Shown: one piece after another, positions 1 to 11,599 of the stretch
Position numbering within the stretch: position 1 is the stretch's first letter
Layout: the number at the start of each line of letters is the position of its first letter
Assembly (NCBI GenBank): GCA_000388065.2
Contig: KB932203.1
DNA: 58,520 nt
From: Fonticula alba ATCC 38817
Lineage: Eukaryota > Protista > Nucleariida
Strand: one strand, 5' to 3'
The notes under the pieces: generated by a model
What the model was told of the DNA's origin: nothing
Databases searched by the model: none
The model's input: the letters and a program-made list of their open reading frames with translations, nothing else
Made by a program: the position numbers and the translations under genes

Positions 1-681
1 GGGGGGGGGGGGGGGGGCCACGCTGACACTGGCACCTCGAAACGGGCGCGAAGACCGGAGAACCAACTCGACACGGCTCCCTTTCCGCGGGAGTGCTGAG
101 GAGGCCGGGGACCGGCCCAAGGGTGAGGGGCCCCAACCTGGGTGGAGGGTGGGAGCCGGCGCGATCCCGGCACCGACAGATTCAGACTCCCGGGGTCGCG
201 GGCAAAGCTCCTACCGAAAAAGACGCAAATAATATAGTCCCAAATGTGTCCCCCCCGAGCCGCGAGCACTGTGGGTGGGCATCTGTCGGGCCAATGCCTC
301 CTGGCCAGACATCGCCACGAGGGGCCTTCTCCCCTCTCTTGGACCCGAGTCGGAACGGAGTTGAGCCGTGGCTGCCAGGTGGCGCCCTCTGGCACGTGAT
401 GTCCCGGCGATCGGCGAGCGGGCGTTATCCTCGCCCCCGGGGGCCACAGGCCGAGCTTAGCGCGTTCTACCTTGGATGCGTGGCGGCCACGAAAGACGAG
501 CGCGCGCTCGTCCCCCGATCTAGCCAGCCGCGAAGGGTGGGGGGGGGNNNNNNNNNNNNNNNNNNNNNNNNNNNNNNNNNNNGGGGGGGGGGGGGGGGGG
601 GGGGCACGGCGTGGTCACACGCGAAGCGAGATTGGAGGCTTTTTTTTCGTGCCAGTATCTTTGGTTTCCGGTTTGCGTGAG

Positions 682-799
682 GTGCATCGTCCCACTTTCT
701 CTCCCTCCCTCCCTCCCTCCCTCCCTCCCTCTCTTTCTCTTTCTCTTTCCCTCTCCCTCTCTTGCCGGCACCTTCCCGCTCCTCCTTCCCCTGCCCCAG
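682..799 (+). other. Probable 5'-UTR intron of the RAD5 gene
   Basis: GAG|GTGCAT donor at 682, (CCCT)n/(CT)n pyrimidine body, and CCCCAG acceptor ending at 799, 11 nt before the ATG at 811. Same architecture as the coding introns in this window. Confidence 0.45.
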
Positions 800-810
800 G
801 TGCCCGGCGC

Positions 811-1757
811 ATGACCACTCCCCCGACTGGTCCGCCGCCCCCCGGGGGGGAGGGCGTCTCTGGTTCAGCCCCGGCGGCGGCTGCGCCACCCCCGGCACCC
901 TATTATACGTCCATCTTTGCGGCCAGCAATCCGCTGGCTTCGGCCACATCGTCGGAGGACGGCATGGCCCTGCCCCCGGGGCCAGGTGCCATGCCGGAAA
1001 GTTCCCCCTTCCCGTCGGTCGCATCGGGAGGCCTCCCCCCCCTGCCGGCGGCCTCGGGCATTCCCCCCGGCGTTCCGCTCCTGCAGTCGGTGCCCCGGTA
1101 CCTCCCACTTGCGCCAGTGATGGCCGCCGTTCCCGGGCGTTTCCCCCTGCCTCCAGGGCATGTGGAGGCTCTGGAGGAACTCCCCCTCCCTCCGGGGCCT
1201 CCGGCCAGCCAGAATACCCTAATCACTCGGTGGACTCGGGCGGCGGGTGCCGATGACTCGGCCCCGGCGTCGGCGACCCCCGCCGTTCCTGAAAGGGCGC
1301 CAGCTGGCGACCCGCTCGATGGGGTTTATCGACGACTGGCCGATCAGGGCACTCTGCCGGATAGCGTCCTGCTCGGGAGCTTCCTGGTCCGGGGCTTTGT
1401 GATCGGCACGCGGCTGGTCTCTGGGCCCGAGCACACCGGCCCGGCGTCTCGCAGCTCCCCAGCCTTCGGGCCAATGGGCATCGGCAGCCGGGTGCGGCTT
1501 TACTCCAACCAGTCCGGACTGAGCGCCGGGAGGACTGCCCCCGGGTCAGCATCACGGCCGAGCTCACGCTCAACTGGCGGCGTTTCCAGCGTGGCTGGCT
1601 CTCGCGGCCGTCGCTCGCGCAAATCCCCCTTTCCCACGGCCGGCGGTGTGTCCCCCCCTCCCTTCCCTCCTTCCCCTCCTGTGTGCACGCCGTCGGTCAA
1701 CCAGCCTCCATCAGTCGGTTGGCCCTGTCTCTGAGCATGCCCAGGCATCCATCCACT

Positions 1758-1792
<35 letters not shown>

Positions 1793-3380
1793 CCTCCTCC
1801 CCTCCCCCCCCCCCCCCATGGCTCCCCTACCCAACTCACCATCTCACCTCCTCCCACCAAGCCGATAAGCGCCAGTCTGAAATCGTCTACTTTGAGCGGA
1901 TCCTCCCCCCGGGAGTGCCGCGTGGTAATGTCGAAATTGGCCGCCTGGCCATGGAGCACTGTCCCTTCCTCAGCCGAGTGCGTGCGCCCGTTTGCCATTT
2001 TTTCTGGCCGTCCGTCGCCATCGGCACCGCTTGACTGACCTCACCTGCGGGCTATGCTAGCTTCTCTGGCGGGGGCTGATCTCCGCCGAGGCCAGCTGTG
2101 TTGACATTGGCGATTGCCCGCTCGACCGTGCGCGGTCGCTCTTGTCCACCGGCACCGATGTCCAGCTGCTGATCGAGGTCCACTTGAACCAGGCAGGTGC
2201 GCGGCGTCTTCTCCCTTTTTGAGGCCAAGCCCGAGCTTGTTTGCCATGCGCGCTAACCACGTGCGCGTCGTCCACGCGGGCCCCCGCATGCGCCAGCCTA
2301 TGGCTCGACGTCGATCCAACACACAAACTTGCAGACTTCCACCCTGGCGGACAATGATCGTGCCCTGGATGCTGTGGCCTATCATGCGCTCTTCAAGGCG
2401 GTGGCCCCTCGCCCGGTGGCTCCTCCACCGGCGGACGTTCTCCGGCAGCTGGCTGCGGAGGATCTCCTCTTTTCGAACGCCACACAGGCCGACCTGCCGG
2501 CCGCGCCGGAGCATCCTACGCAGCATGACCTCGCTGTGGGGCCTTCACCGCAGCCGGCCCCGGGCTTGGCTCCCGTGCTGGATGTCATGTCGGCCTTTGG
2601 CCTGTCACTGGATGCCCTGTTCGGGAATGATCCTCTCCTGTCGCAAGCACCCGATCAGGGGACATTGTCGTCGCCATCGCCGCCACCGTCATCATCAGCA
2701 TCAGCAGCATCAGCAGCATCAGCATCATCATCATCATCAGCAGCAGCAGCATCATCTTCCTCTTCTTCCTCTTCTTCCTCTTCTTCATTAACGCCCTCAC
2801 TGGGCTCGAGCTCAGCCCCGGATTCGGGCTCAGAGCCGATCCCAGCCTCAGGCCCCGGGTTGGCCGATCCGAACTCCTTCGTGGCCGAACTGTCAGCTGG
2901 GCTGGCGTTGCCGAACTTTGCTAATGCCCACGAGCAGCAGCCCGACACCATGCATTTGGATCTGCTGCCGCATCAGCTCCAGGGCGTGGCGTGGATGCGC
3001 CAGCGCGAGCGCGCGGCGCTGCTCGATGCTCAGAATCTCCCTCCTGGGGTGTACCCCGAGTCGCTGGATCCCAGTTGGGTGGGTTACCATCTGGAGAGTC
3101 CCCCCGGTAGGTGTCGGCCACATACGCGCACAGACCCCCGAGCAGACCGACCCTTCCTCGCTCTTCCCCTCTTGTCACTCACACTGTGCTCGCACTTCCT
3201 TCGCACTTGCCATCGTTCCGGGGCCCTCCCCGCAGATGGGGTCATCTTCCTGCACACTCTCGACGCCAAGGTCCGATACCGGCATCCCTCGCTGCCGAGT
3301 GCACCGGTCAACCGGAAGCGCCCGCGCACCCGGAATGTCGACCGCTTTGACCTGGTCACCGAGAGTGCCCGAGGGGGCGT

Positions 3381-3412
<32 letters not shown>

Positions 3413-6400
3413 CCCAAATGCTGGCCCTCTTGCACTGGGACCTGGTCGACATGTCGGAGTCCAGCAACCCAGCGGGCCCGGGGGTTGGCTCTCCGCAGCT
3501 CCGCCAGCCGACCCTCATTGTGGCGCCGCTGGCGCTGATCTCCACCACTTGGGTCGAGGAGATCCGCCGGACCAACGGCTTCAGCGGTGGCGGCCTGCGC
3601 TATGCCGTGTACTAGTGCGCGAGGAACTGCCCCCTCCCCCTTGCTCCCTTTGTCCTCTTTGCCCCCCCCCCCCCCCTCCACCCCCCGCACTCCCCCTTGT
3701 CCCCCTTGCTCCTCTGGGCCTTGTCCCTGTTTCATGGCTGCCGGTGTTGACCTGTCTCGGCCTCTGCTCGGTGGAATGGGGCTCCCTGCGCTGGCTGGCA
3801 GCGGGCCATCGCGCGAAAATGTCCTCTCCCACGAGCAGGATACCCCCCTGCCGTATGATGTCATCCTGACTACTTACGGCATTGTGGCCTCGGAGTATGC
3901 CCGGTTGCGGACCCTGCTGATGGAGTCCGACGACCCGGCGGTCGCCGGGACCCAGGCCAACGTCAGCCTGGCGACCAGTGCCTTCCCGGGGCTCTTCCGG
4001 CGCGAGTGGCATCGGGTTATCTTCGATGAGGCCCATGAGCTGCGCAATCGCACTTCGCGCACCTTTGCCGGGTGCCGCTTGCTTCGGTCCACCCGTCGGT
4101 GGGCCCTGACCGGGACGCCCTTCCACAACCATCCGCGCGAGCTGCATGCCCTGATCGACTGTCTTCGTTTGCAGCCCTGGTGTAATGTGGCCCTCTGGCG
4201 CCGACGCATTGACCAGCCGTTTGACCGGTGCGCCCGGCCACGATGCGTTCAGCCGCGCTAGCCGCATCGATCTATCTATCTATCTATCTATCTATCTCTC
4301 TCTCTCCCCCCCTCTTTGCATGCATCTCACCCTCGCTTGCGTCCGCTGACGTGTCTTCTGTTGTTTGCTCTTCTTCAGTGAGAATTTCTCCGAAGCCCTG
4401 GCCATGCTGCGACCGGTCATTCGGGATCTGCTTCTCCGTCGAACTAAAACCTCCTCCAGTACGTCGACATATCGGGAAATCCCCACCCGCCTCCTTCCAG
4501 CTCGCTGTCAATGGGCCGCACTTCCTAACCGCGGCTCCTACCCTTGCTCGCTGGTGCGTCGAAGATCCCGACGGGACGCCCATCCTATCACTCCCCGGGC
4601 GCACGATGCGCGTCATCAGCGTCCGCTTCTATGCGCATGAGCGCCAGCTGTACAACATCATCCGCACGCGATCTCGGCAAATCTTCGACATGTTCCTCCA
4701 GAGGTACGTCCTCAAGAGGGCTCGCGTCAGGCTTTTGTCTGCATCTCTTATTGACTCACACGCACACGCACTCTCTATGTCTCTCTCCTTCGCACATCAG
4801 CCAGCGTGTGCTGCACAACTATGCGTCGATCCTGCAGATGCTTCTCCGATTGCGGCAGTGCTGCAATCACCCATACCTCGTGAGGTCCTTCTCCGGGCCG
4901 GAGTTCCCTGACGACTCGAGCACCGGGACCGGTTTCGGTGACGATGAGGCAAACGACCAGCCCAACGGCGTGCAGGATTACTTTTCCGATCTGGAGAGCG
5001 TGCGCTCCTTCTTCATCCTCCTCATGCCTCCCTCGCTCCTTCCCCTCCTCCCGGGGCTGCCCCCCTCCTTCCAATCACGCCCGGGATGTCCCTTCTTCTA
5101 CTCGCAAGTCATTGACCTCTCTCTCTCTCTCTGTCGCTCTCCCCCCTTCTTCCTCGGCCCACAGCTGGTCAACCGGTTCATGAAGGGAGCCTCCGCTTCG
5201 GGGCTGTCATTTGCTCGAGAGGTTCTCTCGGACCTGGCTCACTCGGATCTGGCCACCCAAGCTGACCGGGCCAACCTGGGCCACCTTTCCACCCAGCTCC
5301 AGTGCCGGCATGAGCCTCGCCCGGCCTGCAGCGAGCCGGCCCATGGCGCGTCGGCCCCCAGCGAGCCGGCCCATGGCGCGTCGGCCCCCAGCGAGCCGAT
5401 CGCCGGCGGCTCGGTCGCCGATGGGCCGATGCCCGACGCGGGGAGCCCCCCTGCGACGTCGGGGCAACATGCTCAGGATTGTCCGATCTGTCTCTGTGCG
5501 TCCTGGGTTCCATGTTCTTCCTCGCTTTGGCGCTCTGCCGGCTGGCCCTTGATTTTGCTGTCTGCCATGTGCGTTGTTGCTGACAATGCGGCAAAATGAC
5601 TCCCCCCCCCCCCCCCCCCCCCGCCCCGGCAGCTCCCGCCCCCCCCCCCCCCAAAGCGCCCTTCTCCATGACCCAGGCCCACCCGATGATCCTCCCTTGC
5701 TTTCACATCATTTGCATTGAGTGCCTGCTACACATGTACTCCCTGGCGCGGACCGACCTGCCGGAAATCCGGGACACATCGGCTCTCGGGCGCTGGATCT
5801 TGCAGAGTCCCTTCCGCGCGCGGTCCCGGCGATCCCCCTGCCCGGTGTGTCGGGCCGGGCCTTGGCGCATGTCCGAGGTGGCACCAGCATCTCGTGAGGG
5901 TCTGGCCGGGGTCGATTCCGATTTGGCTGGCGGCCTGTTGGAGAAGGGCGATCCGGAGACCTTGGCGGCCCAAAGGGCGGCCTTTCGGGCGGCGTCCCGC
6001 AGCCAGGCCGTCTTGCGGCAATCCGCGCGGCCGGTTCTGCCCGGTTCCCTGCCACCCGGGGTCCTGCCTGCGGTGCCGGAATTCTTCGGCCCCGAGCGCC
6101 AATGGGTCAGCAGTTCCAAGCTAGATGCCCTGATGCTGGAGCTGGAAAATGGGCCGCTGGCGGACCTCTTCGAGCGTCGGCGTCGGGAGCTCGGCGACCC
6201 CGGGGCGACGGAGGCCGCGGCGTCGCATCTGATCGGCCGCCGGCCGAAGGTGGTCATCTTCAGCCACTTTCTCCGGTTCCTGGATTTGATTGCGGCCTTC
6301 CTCCGGGCTTGGGGGATACCGGTATGTCAGGCCCGATTTGCGATGTGTTTCCGGAGGCTTTCCTTTCTCTCTCTCTCTCTCTCTCTTCCTCCACCCCCTC

Positions 6401-7728
6401 CGGCGGATGTGTGGTCCACTGACACGCTGGGGCAGTTTGTCCGACTTGACGGGTCCTTGTCGATGCGCGAGCGCGACACCATCCTCGGTCGCTTCAGCAA
6501 GTGCTCCCTGGACGATCCGACCGCGCCGCGAGTGCTCCTGGCCACCGTGCGCGTTGGTGGCGTTGGTCTCAACCTGACCATGGCCGAGTACTGCTACCTG
6601 ATGGATGCATGGTGCGTGTGGTCCTGGGCGGTTGTGTATATGGGTGCATGTCTGTCAGTGTGTGTGTGTGTCTCAGAGTGGGAACGAGAGAGAAAGGAAA
6701 GGGAGTGGAGTGCTATGGTCCCCTTCCTGTTGGGGCCTTTCAGATCTGCCCTTTTCATGCCCGCCCCCCTTCCTCCCTCCCTCCCTCCCTCTCTCTCTCT
6801 CTCTTTCTCTCTCCCTCCCCCTCCCCCGTCCATCTCCACCACAGACATCCGATGACTCACCTCCGGCCTTTTCTGTTTTCACCTCGCCGGCCGGATTGGC
6901 AGGTGGAATCCGGCGGTCGAGGCGCAGGCGATCGATCGAATCTACCGGATGGGGCAGACACGACACGTGCATGTTGTGCGCTTCGTCACTCGGGCCACCA
7001 TCGAGTCGCGCATCATCCGCCTGCAAACGCTGAAGGTTGGTCTGGCGGGGGCGGCGCTGGAGGACCACGCGCGCGGGGCGCCCTCTCTGGCGGCGACAAG
7101 CCAGCAACGAGCCTCCTCGGCGGCGGCGGCGGCGACGGCGGCGGAGGAGGAGGTGGCAGCCGCAGCACCACCGCATGCCCGGGCTGCCAGGTTCGAGGCG
7201 CATGTCAATGGTGACGGGGACGATGATGATGATGATGATGGGATGGATCTCTTCGGGGCCGCAGGCGCGCCTGCCTTCCTGCAATCGACCTCTGTCGGGA
7301 CTGGGCTCTACGCCGGGGCCGGGTCCACCACCGGGGCTTGGTCCGATGGGGGCATGACCGATGAGTTTGACGAGGAGTTTGGCTCGCGTGCCGACGGGCC
7401 CGGCTCCGACTCGGAGGGGGAGGGATCTTTCCATATGGCGGCCGACTACCCTGTCCCGGTGGAGGACTGGCGTGCCTTGCGCCGTGGTGCCGACATGTCG
7501 ATGGCTGCCCTGACGGCCAACGGCTCCGGGGCATCCGGGCACCCGGACGGTGAGCAGATGCTCCTGAATGAGGACAGCGACAGCGACACCGAGCTGGGAT
7601 TCGGGGTACTGGCGGCGAGTGGCGACTGGGCCGCGCTGGCCGGCCCCGGCGGTACGTCGGCCGCAGATCGCCGTGCCCAAGTGCGCCAGGCGCGCATCAA
7701 CCGGCTGGATTTGCTCTTCCGGCGGTAG
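811..7728 (+). CDS. RAD5: Rad5/HLTF-like DNA-dependent ATPase and E3 ligase (HIRAN + SNF2 ATPase + C3HC4 RING + helicase C-terminal), 13 exons, ~1705 aa
   Basis: Exons 811-1645, 1862-1977, 2061-2196, 2297-3106, 3236-3614, 3802-4227, 4379-4458, 4565-4703, 4801-4999, 5165-5495, 5657-6321, 6436-6611, 6903-7728 join in phase (5118 nt). Motifs: HIRAN-like (GFVIGTRLVSG ... EIVYF ... VEIGRL ... LLIEVHL); motif I GGVLADDMGLGKT; YDVILTTYGIVASEY; motif II DEAH; motif III LTGTP; LLRLRQCCNHP; RING CPIC-x11-CFH-x2-C-x2-C ... CPVC; FVRLDGS; GGVGLNLT; WWNPAVEAQAIDRIYRMGQ; Rad5-type terminal motif RQARINRLDLLF. Confidence 0.9.
4271..4310. repeat. (TCTA)n followed by (TC)n microsatellite in a RAD5 intron
   Basis: Seen directly: six TCTA units then a TC run, inside intron 4228-4378. 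Confidence 0.9.
5329..5398 (+). repeat. Perfect 30-bp coding tandem repeat (2.3 copies) encoding SEPAHGASAP
   Basis: Unit CAGCGAGCCGGCCCATGGCGCGTCGGCCCC at 5329-5358 and 5359-5388, partial copy 5389-5398. Confidence 0.95.
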
Positions 7729-8463
7729 GGAAAAGAGTTGAGGCGGAAGGAGGGGGGCGCTTTGCCCGCATCCAGGCGCCGGCGATCCTCCCCCCCTCTT
7801 CGAAGTGAGCATGCGGCCGGATCAGGGTCTCGATTCGCTGAATAGACCAGTTCCATGAGGACATTGCAGGGACATTGATCGGGGCAGCACGAGACACAGA
7901 GGAGGGGGACAGAGAGAGATCCGGGGGAGCGAGGCGCTTCCCTGCGGTGGCCGGGAGTCGGCGTGGCCCCGGCCATGCCGCCGCTGACGCCGGGGCCACG
8001 CTGGCGCCGGTGTTCCCCCGCGACCGGCGGTCTATATGCCAACGCATCCACCGGCCCGGGGACAGAGCGCCACTTGGCCGCTTGGCGTGCTCCACACGTC
8101 GGGGAAGCCCTTCTAGGCGCTTCTCGGCCGGTCGCTCTTGACTCGCGATTTGATCTAACGTCTCCCCTCCCGGAGGGATCGCCATCTGCTCGGGGGGGGG
8201 GGGGGGGGGGGGGGGGNNNNNNNNNNNNNNNNNNNNNNNNNNNNNNNNNNNNNNNNNNNNNNNNNNNNNNNNNNNNNNNNNNNNNNNNNNNNNNNNNNNN
8301 NNNNNNNNNNNNNNNNNNNNNNNNNNNNNNNNNNNNNNNNNNNNNNNNNNNNNNNNNNNNNNNNNNNNNNNNNNNNNNNNNNNNNNNNNNNNNNNNNNNN
8401 NNNNNNNNNNNNNNNNNNCCCCCCCCCCCGTCCCCCTCCGCCGATCCGCCACGCACAACCACC

Positions 8464-9483
8464 ATGGCTCATCACCACTCCTCGAAGCGTACCTCCGAGG
8501 CGAGCGCCTCCTCCTCGGCGACGCATCTGCCGAAGAAGGCGCGTCGGGGCTCCGGGGCCGAGTCCAACCCCGCGGTGCCGGCATCCACTCCGGACGCGGT
8601 GATCGCGCGCATCGAGCAGATCAAGCAGCGCAAGCGCGACGACGCGTGGCGCGCCGTGTATGACCGCGTGCCGCGGAAGATCCTCCAGCTGGAGGCCCTG
8701 ATCCAGCGGTACAATGACCTGCTGGGCGGGCTGGTCCCGGCGGCGGCGGCGGCCGCGGCCTCTGCCGCCACCGACCCGTGCGACATCAGCGCGGCCCAGG
8801 AGGCGGCCGACTCGCACGCCCGGTCCATGATGAAGGCCCATGCCAATGCCCGGGCCACCATGCTGGGGGTTTCACGCAAGACCGCCCGGCTGAGCTTCGT
8901 GTCGCAAGTGTCCTCGACGGCCATGGCGTCGGCTCTCGGCCGGGCGTCGGCCACGGCCGTCGGGCAGCTGGCCGCCGGGGATCAGCTCGACCTGCTGGCC
9001 ATTGTCCGGAATGTGGAGTCCTCTTGCAATGGGGACGCGCGCCATTTCAATGCCCCGCGGCCGACCCCGAATCTGCCGTTCCCGCAGGGGCTGGTTCTGC
9101 CGAACCTGCCGCGGCTGGAGGATGGCGCCTCGCAGACGACCACCTCCGCGCCGGCAGCGGCTGCCGGTGCCGAGGACAGCGCCCCGCAGCAGGACACCGG
9201 CGCCCCGGTCAGCCCGCACCCGATGGCCGTCACGGTGCGCGAGCTGCTGGAGTCCATCAAGCTGGAGATCAACGAGCAGCTGGACATCTGCGATGCCATC
9301 AAGATCTGGGTCCAGTTGAATGTCCCGCGCATTGAGGATGGCAACAACTTCGGTGTCGAAGTCCAGGTGCGCATGGTCCCTGTCTTGCTTCCTTTTTCCC
9401 CACCTCCCTCTCTTTGCTTTCCTCCCCCCCCCTCCTCCGTACAGCAGGCAACGACTGTGCTCGCCTCCTTGCTGACATATGTT

Positions 9484-9519
<36 letters not shown>

Positions 9520-10013
9520 GCGCGCGCACGCACGTACGCACACAAATGCTCTTGCCGCGTCGCAGGAGGAGATCATCGGTCAGCTGTCGCAAACGGAGAA
9601 TGCCTTCCTCGGCATCCGCTCGGAGATCCTGGACTTCTATCTGTCCCGGGCGAACCTTGTGTCGGCGGTACGACGCCTCCGCATTGTGTGCCCTGCCATC
9701 CGGTGCCCTTCCGTGGCATTGTCTCCCCTCCCTCCTGCCTGCGTTCCTTGGCTGACTCTCGCTCCCCCTCCTCCTTGGTGTCCCCCCCCCCTCTGGTGCT
9801 CCTTTTCCCGATGTCCCTGGGCAGATCACCAACAACCCCGACAACCCGGACCTCATGCAGGCCCTGATCGAGCACGATGAGAAGCAGATGATGCGCGCCC
9901 GCATGAGCCTGCTGGACCTGCTCAACAACTACCTCATCATGTACGACGTCATCACCAAGAACATGGATAAGCTGAAGCGCCCGCGCAGTGAGGTTGCCCT
10001 GCACATGTATTGA
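8464..10013 (+). CDS. PSME3: Proteasome activator PA28/REG (PA28gamma-like), 3 exons, ~397 aa
   Basis: Exons 8464-9366, 9566-9667, 9825-10013. Activation loop IWVQLNVPRIEDGNNFGVEVQEE; helix 1 AVYDRVPRKILQLEALI; C-terminus KNMDKLKRPRSEVALHMY matching PA28gamma KNIEKIKRPRSSNAETLY; N-terminal basic NLS-like PKKARR. Confidence 0.92.
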
Positions 10014-10131
10014 GGCAACTTCCTCCCCTCCCCCCCTCCCCCCCCTCCCTTGGACGCTATACCACGCGGCACACCATCTTGTCCTCCTTCTCCCTGTCCT
10101 TGTTTCCTTTCTCCCTCCCTCTCTCCCTCTG

Positions 10132-10137
10132 AATAAA
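10132..10137 (+). promoter_or_regulatory. Candidate polyadenylation signal for PSME3
   Basis: AATAAA about 120 nt after the stop codon in an otherwise GC-rich region. Position only, no transcript evidence. Confidence 0.3.
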
Positions 10138-10286
10138 TGCACATATACTCCTCGCCTCGTTGTCTCCTGCCCTCCTCCTCCCCCGTAGGCCGGCCAATTC
10201 CGGCCGGTCCTTCTCCCATTCCTCCTTCCCCACCCTATGCCCCTCTTCCTTGGGCCTTTCCTGCTTTCCACACCACCATCCCCGCC

Positions 10287-10328
<42 letters not shown>

Positions 10329-11599
10329 CCACCTCCCCCCATCCGCATTCCCCTTCCTGCGCCGTGCATGAGGCCATTCTCTTCGAAGCCGTCCTCCCCC
10401 TCAGGGGATGGTTTTTATATTGTACAGAATGTGACGGGGGGTGTTGCGAGGACGAACTTTGGTGGCAGGCCATTGTGGCAGGAGCGCCCATGCCCCCGGC
10501 TGGGAGGGGGAGCTGCACGAGGGCACGCACACATCTCTCCCCCCGTAGACACCTCCGCCGTTGTGGGTCTCTCCTCTTCCTTCCTGCCCCCCCTTGGCCG
10601 CGCGTCTTTTGTTTGGGGGTTTCTCTTCTCGTCTTTCTGGCCCCCTTTTCCCCCGCTGGCACCCGTTCCGTTGCATCTTCTTGGCCACCGGGACACCGGC
10701 GAGCAGGCACTCCCCAGGGCATGTGGCGAGGGAAGCAGGCTCAGGGAGGCATGCAGTGACGGGGGGAAGGGGAGGGGCGAGGGGACGGCGGCACACACCC
10801 CGGGGGCGCCGGCACACCTCACCCCTCCCTGGGGCGCTGGGCATATCCACGCGGGACTCTATCTCGTTTTTGGGCGTATCTCCCATGTGGAAGCCCCCCT
10901 GGCGCGCTCGTTAGCATTCCAGTTGGCCTTTCATCTCTGCCCTTTGCAGTTTTCTCCTCAACGCGGGGGACTTTCTTTGATCGGGCGGAAAAGCACCCGA
11001 TGCTGCTTGTGTGCATGGCTGTGTGTGGCAGCCACGCGTGTCGGTGATTTCGAAACACCTTGCCGGTGCGCGAGCGTCTGGCCCAGCCGCTTTGCCTCGC
11101 GCCGACAGGAGGCCCACGCCGAGGAGGCACGGCTCCGCGGCATGTACTTCCCGCGGAGAAGACCTCCTCCATGAAGATGGCATGCGCGCCTCACATGCGC
11201 ACACGCACAAGGGGATGCGGCGACGCCGGGGTCTATGGGACAGTTGGCGGCGCTTGGCACACCGTCGCATGTGCGCATGTGTGCGTGGCGCGCCGTGCGC
11301 GGCTGCACATCGCCCCGCACAGCCAGCCAGCCTGCAGCCGCAAGTTCATGCCGTCCTGTCCTCCCCTTGGGACCCCCTCTCGCCCGGAAAAAAAAAGCGG
11401 GGGAGAAGCATAGATCCGCTGATGCGGGATTGCGACCAGAGCAGGGCGAAAGATCGGCCTCTGCCCGGGACCCATCCTGCAGGTCGGCTCCCCCCCCTTC
11501 CCCCCGGCGCCATGCCCGGGGGCGCGCCCTGCACTTGGCCCGTGCCCATCCTCTCGCGGCCGGAGGCCGGGGCAGCCTCTTTTCACGCGGACGCGCGCT

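Noticed and set aside
3613-3615. Apparent premature TAG in RAD5, suggesting a pseudogene or readthrough
   Set aside because: The TAG spans the splice donor (TA|GTGCGC); splicing to 3802 restores YYGPSR.
7728-8464. RAD5 and PSME3 adjacency as a functional cluster
   Set aside because: Close tandem spacing is normal in this compact genome, and there is no evidence of co-regulation.
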